A DNA stretch of 64,000 bases from Epithemia pelagica (lineage: Eukaryota; Protista; Bacillariophyta): positions 3,782,001 through 3,846,000 of the forward strand of contig OX337234.1 in the NCBI GenBank assembly GCA_946965045.2, in the 5' to 3' direction. Shown here piece after piece: positions 49,058 through 58,858 of the stretch (its first letter is position 1; every line of letters begins with the position of its first letter). The translations under genes and the position numbers were made by a program. The notes under the pieces are model-generated. The model was not told the origin of the DNA. It was given only the letters and a program-made list of their open reading frames with translations, and did not search any database.

Positions 49058-49104
49058 AAACATCGAAACGTCACCAAGGCCGCCGCCGCGCCGCTCATTG
49101 AGGT
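49058..49104 (+). pseudogene. Short duplicated fragment of the end of NDUFB9 exon 2
   Basis: AAACGTCACCAAGGCCGCCGCCGCGCCGCTCATTGAGGT vs GAACGTCACCAAGGCGGCTGCCGCACGGCTCATTGAGGT (44482-44521). Confidence 0.6.
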
Positions 49105-49340
49105 TCGGAAGCACAAACCAAGGAAAACAGACTTGGACATTTGCAACCATGGCGTCGACATGCAAAAGAGTTGGTCATTCCGGACTGGATATCCTTTACC
49201 GCCGACATGGCCAATCAGTTTGAAAATGTACGGCCCGTTATGACGGGTCCGACGGCACAGTTTATATGTGTTGAACAAGAATGCCAATCCGAAACAATGG
49301 GAAGCAGCCTTTTGTACGGTCGATGGGCAACGATGCTTTC

Positions 49341-50850
49341 TCACAGGTCAGACTCCGATTTGTCGTTCCTCTCTTTGCTTTCATCATCATTATTCTTCTC
49401 TTCGCTTTCGCTCGCCTCTGGCTTGACATCCAAGTCCAGTTCTTCCTCTTGTTCATTCTCATTCTTCTCCTTCAAGAGCATGGCCACGGTTTCAAAATCA
49501 GCAACACTCTGATCCAGAGCCGACTCAAACGACAAGAATGTGAAGGCCATTCCTTTGGAACTGGAACACCATACTTTGTTTCTAGATTGTTTCCATCAGA
49601 GCTTGTCTTTGTTGTGCCGATCCTTATACTACGCCAACCATTGATCAGTATCATGGTCGCCATCTTGCGGGGAACCAGGCAAGGCGACTTGGTAGTACTC
49701 CAACAGCTAGGCGACTCGTGTCGCGCTTCCACACAGATTCTTCCCAGTATGATTTACAAAACAAGAATCCACCAACGAATAGAATCGCAAAAAGGCTATA
49801 GCCAACCATTGTACTCATGGAGACGACCGCGTGCAGTCTTGACCGCCGGTACAACCGACTCTTGCTCACCTGGTCCCCATCCAGTCCTAAGTCCAAGACA
49901 AACTCAATTCCAACGTCGTTTCCTCACAAGCCATCTTTTTTCTTCTTCGTCATCTTTAATTTCTCCTTTAGCCGTTTCGTGAATTTGTGTATCCAACATC
50001 ACCAAAGGTAACCAAAGGTGCCAACGGGTTGCCAACCGGATGCGACGGACCATCTCGGCTGTATTTTTGAAAACTTTGGACTGTGAAGTCCAGGGCAGCT
50101 TTTTCACGGTGAGGAATATTTCGTGATGACTCTGCATCCTTGACTGCCTTCCAAAAGGCCTCGTCTTCTTCATGATCCTGATTGTATACAGTAGTCTCGG
50201 CATCTTTTTCTTTGGCAACACACGATCGCCGCTTATGAACGACGCATTCTGATGCTTTGAATTCCATCGAATACGGCCCTGCCGGTAAACGTCTATCAAA
50301 GTTGAAAATGACTTTGATTCGTTTGTCCACTGCACCAGTTCCTTCTTGGAGTTGCTGAAAGATTTTGGTCTGGTGCTTTTTTCGTTGTTCTGGCGTGTAG
50401 TATCGTGCCACGCCTGCTGTGGCAACCGTCGCCACCGACTGAACTCGTACTGGCAAATTGTTCTTGTTGTCCCGTCCGGACCGACTACCAACACGTCCCA
50501 GGGCAACACCTCCCAACAAAGCGCAACCTTTGGGGACGGCTTCCGGAGAAGGAGACAAGGCAGGTACCTTTTGCAGCCAGGATGCTAGGGAAGACGACGA
50601 GTCTTTGAGCCCTGTGGTCAAGGCCTGATGCAAGGCATCTTGCTCGGGCGAAGATCCATATGACAAAACTACCGCTGGACCATCCGAATCAGGTGCGACA
50701 GTATCCAGAATATGTTCCAGCTCTTTCAAGCAAGATTCTAACAAGATGTATGGTTTGTCCTCTTGGTTTGAGACAAGTCGACTCACATGTGCAACCATAT
50801 TCCCAGTCCCAAGGACTCCTCACAGCACATAAGTATCGTATCATGGCAGT
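49341..50850 (-). pseudogene. Degenerate gene of unknown function (several frameshifts and stops)
   Basis: 276-aa ORF 49968-50798; protein-like continuation in shifted frames (WIHKFTKRLKEK, VPAVKTARGRLHEYNGWL) and an acidic 49341-49550 tail. Confidence 0.45.
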
Positions 50851-50959
50851 ACCAAACACGATGAGAGTGTGATCGTTCATCTGATCATGACACTTTTGTC
50901 AGTCACAAACTAGAAATTTCTGGAAGCGTTGTGGGCGTGGCGGTTGCTTCCAGAGTTTG

Positions 50960-51685
50960 TGATGGCGGCACAAATGTATGAACTCTATACTACAATTGGA
51001 CTTTTAATAGTATGAATACACGAACTACAAACTGTCCCGTAGGAGGGAGTCTCAGTAGTCAACGCCGCAACACAGAACGAGTGAGACTGCGTCTCTCAAA
51101 ATCATCGTGCTGCAACAGCGTACACTAGGACGCATCTACTAGGAATAGTTGGAAACTGCGTCCTTAGGGATAAATTTTGACTTGATACCTTGCCCTTTCT
51201 GTCGCCTGAACGAGTCCAAATCGATCAGAAGGCAGTCATGTTGGTTGTTTTATTGGTCACCACAACACTCACCCTTGGTTGTTGAAAGTGGTTGTTTGGT
51301 ATGGACATGGCATGAATCGAAAAGAACGAAACGGAGATCCTCCATTATCACAACGTGTTTGCTCCTAGACAGCCGAATGTGACCAAATGCGACGACGAAT
51401 AGTGAATGTTGTTGCATACGTGGCCGAACGGTATCAGCTACAAAGAAATCATTGCACAGAGTCTTCGTATGAAAAACTCTAAGCAAATCCGAACGGATGA
51501 AATCACAAAAGTGACAGTTGAGGAGGAAAAGCTTGAAGCTACCGTTGGCTGTTTTTCAATAGGATCGATCATGGTAAATGGTCCCGTTGTTGTCGAACAT
51601 CAACTGAGCCAATTGGTTCGACACAGAGATACAATGCCTTGGGTCGTTCTCGCATCCACCATGCACCGACTGGAGGTTATCGCCC
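50960..51685 (+). repeat. ~725-bp duplicated segment, copy 1 (copy 2 at 56312-57045)
   Basis: Near-identical from TGATGGCGGCACAAATG to GAGGTTATCGCCC. Confidence 0.9.
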
Positions 51686-52145
51686 ACGTTGGATGCCCAT
51701 GTTTGATTGGGTGTCTCACGAATGGCAAGTTGTTCTTCTCAGCAATGGCTGGCTATCTTGTAACGACTGTGCTGAAGTCAGTTTGTTGTCACCAGATGAT
51801 AAACGAAATAATGTGTCATAGATGAGTTTCTATGTGTGCATCTCGCTCGAGTACCATCACTCAGCTACCTTCGTTTGATTTCAAATGGACTCCCCGTTTT
51901 GTTTGTTTCTGTGAAACAAGTGGAACCGTAACGTGTCCACGTTTTTATGCCAAACACCAAGTATCGACAATTCACACCCCGTGTATGCTTCCACATTCTT
52001 TGCAGCCATCATGTCTGCGTTTTCGAGTTGGACCCTTTGATTAACAGTGCCCCTTGTCGACCATGGCATCATGTGCAGTGCATGTTTCAGAATTGTCTTT
52101 TTCGGCCGCCATGTGTGTGTGTGTGTGTTTTCTATGGCGAACGTG

Positions 52146-53576
52146 TCAGTTACTAATAGAAGCTTGCTCTTTCTCCGAAGAACGAGTTCCATTCTTGCGC
52201 TCGCCAGACAGTGCACACACCGTTTCACGGACCCTTTGTTTCAACGAACCCTGCTTGCCAATTCCATCTCCTTTCAACAAAAAGAAGCGCTCTATTGTTG
52301 CAGTGCTGTTCGCAAGAATGGGTTGGTCCAACATGTGTTTGTAGGCCGTTTGGTTGGATTGTAGATGGACAATTTGATCCAGGGAAGGTTGCGGATCTGA
52401 CATATTGTAGTATACAAAGGCATGACGGTTGAAAATATCAAACACTTCTTCCGTACCGTAGTAGATTGGAATACAACCTGCCCAAAAGGCCAGGACAATC
52501 TTTTCGGTTACGTATCCAGGAGTGTATCGTTTGTCTGGAACGAAGCAAAATCGATAATGCTGATACATCTTGTAGTTATTACCCCATTTACTCCTTGGCA
52601 AAGGCCACTGAGTTTCACGGACCAAGGACGCATTCTTGAGGTAACCCCAACACTTGCCTCCCTTGTGGGCCATTTCAGAACGAGCAAGGGGTTGGGGCAA
52701 GTTGGATAGTGTTGCGGTAATTATCGAATCAAACGCCTTTTCCCTTAAGGGGTGACAGTTGCTGTTGGTATAAATGAGAAAGGCCTCTCCGGTGTTGCGA
52801 GGCTTCTTTGAGTGGTCAAACAGTAGTTCTTGTTCCTTTGGTGTTGCAATACTGATAACCATATTGCCATAGAACAGCCGTACGCTGTATTCTGAGTCCG
52901 CTACATATCCCAGATGAAGATTGCGAGGGGGTGGATGGGAAAGAGTCTTTTCTGACCCTCGGGTCGAATGACCATCAGAGGACGACTTGGTGGGCTCGCT
53001 TCTCCACTGGTCTTGTGACGATATGGAGTTGACATATCTATCCCAAACCTCTCCTCCGTAGGCCTCTCCATTGACGTGAAACACCATCCCCGGAAACGAA
53101 TGAAGCATCTGCTGAAGCGATACGCCACAGGGTCCGTTGGTTCCCATGATCAATACATCGTTTTTGGTCGTGTTTTTGAAATTCGATTGAGTCAAGAGGA
53201 TGGTTTCGAGCGAATCCAATTCTGGATAAGTATTCCTGACGACCTCTCGTTGCAAAACGTAGCCACAAACATAAATTTGGGCTGGTATGACAGTTGGCCA
53301 AGGATTGGCTTGGCACATGGGTCCGATGGGCAAGGCCTCTTCATCACTTTGATCCATTCGGGAATTATTTCTGTCCACCCCGAGTTTGCCACTACTTCTC
53401 AAGCTGGTTCCGTTCGCATGGATCCAGAGCATAGGTTCTTTGTGGTGTGTTGGAGTGAGTGAGTTCAAGCAAAGTGATAGAACAATAGCACTCCATACCC
53501 ATTTTCTTCGGGAATTTCGAAATTTACATGTCCAGTCCCGATCAAGCTTATTCTCTTTTCCATTCCATCTCGTCAT
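52146..53576 (-). CDS. Alpha-1,3/4-fucosyltransferase-like protein (GT10)
   Basis: FLIYTNSNC..REKAFD, HKGGKC, YRFCFVPDKRYTPGYVTEKIVLAFWAGCIPIYYG; N-terminal TM WVWSAIVLSLCLNSL; probable start MTRWNG at 53576. Confidence 0.85.
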   Translation of the reverse strand: MTRWNGKENKLDRDWTCKFRNSRRKWVWSAIVLSLCLNSLTPTHHKEPMLWIHANGTSLRSSGKLGVDRNNSRMDQSDEEALPIGPMCQANPWPTVIPAQIYVCGYVLQREVVRNTYPELDSLETILLTQSNFKNTTKNDVLIMGTNGPCGVSLQQMLHSFPGMVFHVNGEAYGGEVWDRYVNSISSQDQWRSEPTKSSSDGHSTRGSEKTLSHPPPRNLHLGYVADSEYSVRLFYGNMVISIATPKEQELLFDHSKKPRNTGEAFLIYTNSNCHPLREKAFDSIITATLSNLPQPLARSEMAHKGGKCWGYLKNASLVRETQWPLPRSKWGNNYKMYQHYRFCFVPDKRYTPGYVTEKIVLAFWAGCIPIYYGTEEVFDIFNRHAFVYYNMSDPQPSLDQIVHLQSNQTAYKHMLDQPILANSTATIERFFLLKGDGIGKQGSLKQRVRETVCALSGERKNGTRSSEKEQASISN

Positions 53577-53952
53577 CTTGTGTGTTATCATTATCACTCT
53601 CAAGAAACAAACATTCAAAATTCGACGACCTACGCAAATTTGCAAAAATGCATAGCGCATGGTTGGGGATGACCTACCTCCAAGTAGGGGTGAGTGGTTG
53701 CATCTGTGTCGTGCTTTTGTTGTGCAAATTCTTACTTTTCGATCACTAATCCTCATGACTCACCCACGCTGGGGGTTATAAGATGACAGATGGGAGTATT
53801 ATACAAAGCTCCTACCAAAATCGGCCACATAGCCTGCCAAATATGGGCCACAATTTCAATAAAAAGGGGGGGGGGTTGTACATTTGAGTCAAAAAAAAGA
53901 GTTGAGACAAACGACTCTCTTTCCGGTTGTTGTGTGCACTCGTTGATTCTCC

Positions 53953-55380
53953 ATGTCGCCGCCGATAGAAGAGGTCATCAAGACGCGGTCCAGTCCAACC
54001 AACCGCAATGGGTGTCCCACCCTTTATACCAAAGCTAGGTTGATGGCTTTTGGTGTTATTGTGTTGGTGTTCCTTCTTCAGACCCGTCAGATTGTGAATC
54101 TTCCTCTTTTCATGGGAGCTTCGTCCTTCTCGGGTGCCGTTGCAACCAACAATCCATCTTCTTCACTTGCCACAAATCCACCCACCGGGATGGGGCCGTC
54201 AATTTCTGCAAACATGGCGAATGATACACCTATTGGGGAGGAAGCAAATTTACCGGTTCCTTCTGCTGGTTTGCGCCTAGATTGGACTCAATTGGACCTG
54301 CACTCTCCCATGGCAAAACGAATCGCCGCTCATCAAAGTTCTTGTGACATCCCCGAGGCGATATTTCCATGGCGAAATAAAGCAGCTGGGATTGGCAGTG
54401 ATTTGACCCTGTGGTCCTATGGCATATGCAGAGGCATGCAGCTCGGTCAGCGTCTCATCTCGCCTCGACCGTGGATTCATCGGAGCCAAGTCGGTTGTCC
54501 CATCAACGACAACTCGTCCATGACCTGCTACTTTCCACGATCGGAGGATTTGTGTACCACAGTGAACGAGCAGGCTCTCGCCAAGAAGGGCAACACGAGA
54601 CGTCCTCCACGCTCTCAACTCAGGATTGAACAAGATGGAAGAGTTCGCGACGAATGTTGGTCTTTGCTACAACAGGCAAATCTCACCAAAAAAGATTTTG
54701 TCGGATCGGCCACGGAGTTTTTGTTTTCGAGCGTTTCATCCAGAGTAGTCGACTCTGCCGTTGAGAGGCTCCCACTTGTCTTTCCACCTCATGGCATTGT
54801 GCCGCCCAACATGATTACCGTACACATTCGGTGGGGAGATAAAGGAACAGAAATGGATTTAGTAAGCATTCACTCCTACATTGATGCTTGTCATCAAATT
54901 CTACAACGACGACGACACCAACTACAACGACCAAGAAACCAAGTCGCAGGGTCTCAGGGCACAAACCAGACAAACTTGGCGGACAGCATACCCATTTACA
55001 CCAACCACAGCGGTAGCAGCAAGGACGGAGATCCGGTACACATATTTTTGGCCACTGAAGATCCAACTGCAGTTCAAGCCATGCGTGCAAACATGCCATC
55101 GCATTGGAAATTGTATGTTGATCCCTATGTAGAGGAGTTTTCCCAATATCGTCAAAAGGGGTTCGGTGGGAATGCCCACATGACTAAAGCTCAAAGGGGA
55201 ACGCCTGGATTGGCTGGATTGGCCTCACTCCTGATAGCCATGGAGGCCAATGACTTTGTTCTGACTACGGCAAGCAACTGGAGTCGACTCATGAATGACC
55301 TTCGACGATTCATTGTGCAACAGCACTTTTCAACCACTGTTATTGACTTGCGGCCCAACAATCGTCCTTCGCGCAAATAG
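53953..55380 (+). CDS. Alpha-1,6-fucosyltransferase/NodZ-like protein (GT23-like)
   Basis: TM LMAFGVIVLVFLL; GIGSDL, VHIRWGDK, IFLATEDP, ANDFVLTTASNWSRLMNDLR. Confidence 0.82.
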   Translation: MSPPIEEVIKTRSSPTNRNGCPTLYTKARLMAFGVIVLVFLLQTRQIVNLPLFMGASSFSGAVATNNPSSSLATNPPTGMGPSISANMANDTPIGEEANLPVPSAGLRLDWTQLDLHSPMAKRIAAHQSSCDIPEAIFPWRNKAAGIGSDLTLWSYGICRGMQLGQRLISPRPWIHRSQVGCPINDNSSMTCYFPRSEDLCTTVNEQALAKKGNTRRPPRSQLRIEQDGRVRDECWSLLQQANLTKKDFVGSATEFLFSSVSSRVVDSAVERLPLVFPPHGIVPPNMITVHIRWGDKGTEMDLVSIHSYIDACHQILQRRRHQLQRPRNQVAGSQGTNQTNLADSIPIYTNHSGSSKDGDPVHIFLATEDPTAVQAMRANMPSHWKLYVDPYVEEFSQYRQKGFGGNAHMTKAQRGTPGLAGLASLLIAMEANDFVLTTASNWSRLMNDLRRFIVQQHFSTTVIDLRPNNRPSRK

Positions 55381-55756
55381 AACTGAGTCTCCTTCAAAAC
55401 GTGCCAACTGTGAGAATATAGTCTCTTGTTGCACTCTTCCTCGAGGCGATCCACCCTACAATTTGCCCATGAGCACCAACGGTCCCTGGCGCGAACCGGG
55501 ATTGACGGAACAAGACTATGGCACTGGTCATTTGGCCGTTGCCGCCTCGTTGCTAACTGCTGGATCGGTATTCTTGTCGGGCGGGGACAATTGTGTCTTT
55601 GCGGAACGCTTGGCCAAAAGTCTTTGCGGAACGCTTGGCCAAAACTACGGCCAAGGCCAACTTGCAACAAATAACCATTACGCCCACCTTGTTTGATTGT
55701 CTCAATGGGACACGAATTCGCTTGGATTTTCCCGAAAAAACCTCCAGTGCGCCTAC

Positions 55757-56315
55757 TGGGTCCACTTCCACAGAGCGAGCGACAGGGTCCTTCTTGGACC
55801 GTAATAATATAGAGAGGCGCCAAGGCTTTCAAGGCTTTCAAGGCATTCTAGGTAGCACGAGCTCCATCCGCCAGACACCCCGGAGAGGAACAAACGTACA
55901 GCGTTGTTGTTGGAGGAGGAAGAACGGCCGAGGGTGATTCGTTCTTGTCTGTTAGGGTTGGCTTTGTGCGTGGTTGGGGCTGCTTGCCGTTTCGGGTTTG
56001 CGAATGGGAGGGCCGCGATGGAGATGTTGTTGTGGTAGTGGTAGTGGAAGTGGAGGAGGACTTGTCCGGTCCAAGAATGAGGACATGCTGGTTGTGCTAC
56101 CGGGTGGTCCTCGTCGTGCCATGGCAGCAATGCTGGATTCTTGTGAACGATCTCGCCGACTGGGTCGTTGCGAAGGCAATCCAAAAAAGGTACCATCGTC
56201 CGTGCCGCCTTGTTGTGGCCATCCCTTTTGTTGCTTGCCAGTGGTCCAAGAGGACAAGAGGGAACGTGCCGTTTTCTTGTCGTCCGCCTTGTCGCTGTTG
56301 GTTGGGCCCGATGAT
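55757..56315 (-). pseudogene. Truncated, frameshifted paralog of the [2Fe-2S]/TPR gene
   Basis: TARSLLSSWTTG, FGLPSQRPSRR, SIAAMARRGPP and QEGPCRSLCGSGP match 46380-46935 (about 80% by eye); both ends missing. Confidence 0.8.
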
Positions 56316-57045
56316 GGCGGCACAAATGTATGAACTCTATACTACTATTGGACTTTTAATAGTATGAATACACGAACTACAAACTGTCCCGTAGGAGGGA
56401 GTCTCAGTAGTCAACGCCGCAACACAGAACGAGTGAGACTGCGTCTCTCAAAATCATAGTGCTGCAACAGCGTACACTAGGACGCATCTACTAGGAATAG
56501 TTGGAAACTGCGTCCTTAGGGATAAATATTGACTTGATACCTTGGCCTTTCTGTCGCCTGAACGAGTCCAGATCGATCAGAAAGCACATGTTGGTTGTTT
56601 TATTGGTCACCACAACACTCACCCTTGGTTGTTGAAAGTGGTTGTTTGGTATGGACATGGCATGAATCGAAAAGAACGAAACGGAGATCCTCCATTATCA
56701 CAACGTGTTTGCTCCTAGACAGCCGAATGTGACCAAATGCGACGACGAATAGTGAATGTTGTTGCATACGTGGCCGAACGGTATCAGCAACACAGAAATC
56801 ATTGCACAGAGTCTTCGTATGAAAAACTCTAAGCAAATCCGAACGGATGAAATCACAAAAATGACACATGACGCGCCATGAGGAGGAAAAGCTTGAAGCT
56901 ACCGTTGGCTGTTTTTCAATAGGATCGATCATGGTAAATAGTCCCGTTGTTGTCGAACATCAACTGAGCCAATTGGTTCGACACAGAGATACAATGCCTT
57001 GAGTCGTTCTCGCATCCACCATGCACCGACTGGAGGTTATCGCCC
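56312..57045 (+). repeat. ~725-bp duplicated segment, copy 2
   Basis: Matches 50960-51685; left junction has TGATG microhomology; right junction runs into CCCTAA. Confidence 0.9.
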
Positions 57046-58858
57046 TAAGGATATTTCACTTTTTTGGGAGCTTTTAGTACTAGAGACCGTAGAATTTGAA
57101 CGTGTGCATATGAGCACAAAATCCTATAGTGCCTGTTGCATATGAGCAAGGATTTGTTGCGGATGACTCCCGATTAAGCACACCCAGTTTTTTAATCCGG
57201 TCGCTCTTCGCGACCAACATTTTCATTTTCGTTTTTTGCGTTTTTGATGAAAATTTCTGGTCAAAATGAAAATGATCACGCCGGCCTTCTGGGTCCCCCT
57301 TTTGAAATCTTGTGAGCAGACGTGCGCGCTTTGACCGTTGGTCTTCGTTCGTCCTCACTTTCCCCTGTTCCAAGTTCCAATCGACACATTTTTTTCTCGT
57401 CTTCTCCTCTTCTCCCTCTTTCTCATGGACAATGGACATGCACCATGACCATGCATTCTCTATCATGCATACCACTGACATTTTTTACATGAATAGACCA
57501 TAGATAGAGTTTGGCTGTGCCCCATCCCTCCTTTTTCTAGTGTTTTTTTCTCCTGTAGTTCTCGGTTTAAAAGCACACCCTCATCCACAACACCTTGTCT
57601 ATGCCGTAGGCATGTCTCTTTGCAAGCAATTGTGAGAGACCTAAAGCTACTCCCTACACCCCTATTTGGAATGACTCTCTTCGTGCTTTTGTTATGGAGC
57701 ATGCAGAGTCCCAAATGCTGCTCAGAAACACCAGCATGCTCCGGGCAAAAAAAGAACAAGAGGAGCAAGTCGACAACACAAGCAACTGAAGACTCAATCT
57801 GAGCAACATATGATTTGCACCACTAATTCTATCTCACTGAGCTTTAAAACTCTATAGAATACTAAAAGAATCCTACAATTGATTTTAGCTGCCGCCCATT
57901 GAATGGACCAAAACTGGATGTTATACGGCACAAACACATGGCACTATGGCAAAGAAGTGAGAGAACCTATCCCAAACCATTGTCCAATTCCAATACAGGG
58001 GTTAAGCTATGTGGAACTTACCATGCTGACAAAGATGAGATGCTCAGTGCTCAGTGACGAAGCATGAGGCCGTTTTGGTGTTGTTGTTGGTTTGGTCGTT
58101 GCCTCATTTTGTTTTCTGCGTGGGTTTTGTGGCGTCCGGACCGGACCGGACATTCTTTCGAGTCTTGTTCATCAGAACGCCTGCCATCTTCCAACTGCCA
58201 TATCACGCAAGCCTTTCCAGACGGATGTAAAATTTTTTTCTAGACAAGTTTGAGTTTTTGGTGAGCGGGACAGACCATGAAAGAGTTGACAGGCAGACCA
58301 CTGGTGCCCAAAAACTGGGTGTGGTTAATCGGGAGTAATTTGTTATGCTTTTGTTGCGATTGAGCAGTGGCCTTGTCTATGCCCCTTTGACCACTCCCCA
58401 AAAGAAGTCATATTCAATATGCTCTATACTAGCCAAATACTTTTCAGAGCTCTGCCAGTTAGGTTTTTGTCTTGCCCTACTCTACATAGAAGAATCAACG
58501 TAGGATTGAATTTCCTTTGGTTTGCTGTACAAAATTTCCTTGTTACAACAAACCAGCTAGTATGTGTGTACAAGTGACATATATTTGTACACAAATGACA
58601 AACTAAATTTTTTGTACAATCTTTTTTCCCGCCAAATGACGCTGGCATTTCACAGAAAAATCTCATTTCACCCATCACTAGTTCTCATCAAAATCCCATT
58701 TTGACCATTCCTAGTTTATGCCTCTAGGTCTTTGTACCTACCCATCATTCGTCCAGTAAATTGGGCCCAATGCAATTCTGCAAAGGGTCATCACTCCCTT
58801 TCTTTGATGAACGATGAAAGATGTCTCTTGAACACTCTCAGCAAAACCTCTATCGACA

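Noticed and set aside
57080-57800. Minus-strand ORFs upstream of the recombinase-helicase gene
   Set aside because: Short and interrupted with no recognisable motif; could be a decayed partner gene but is unsupported.
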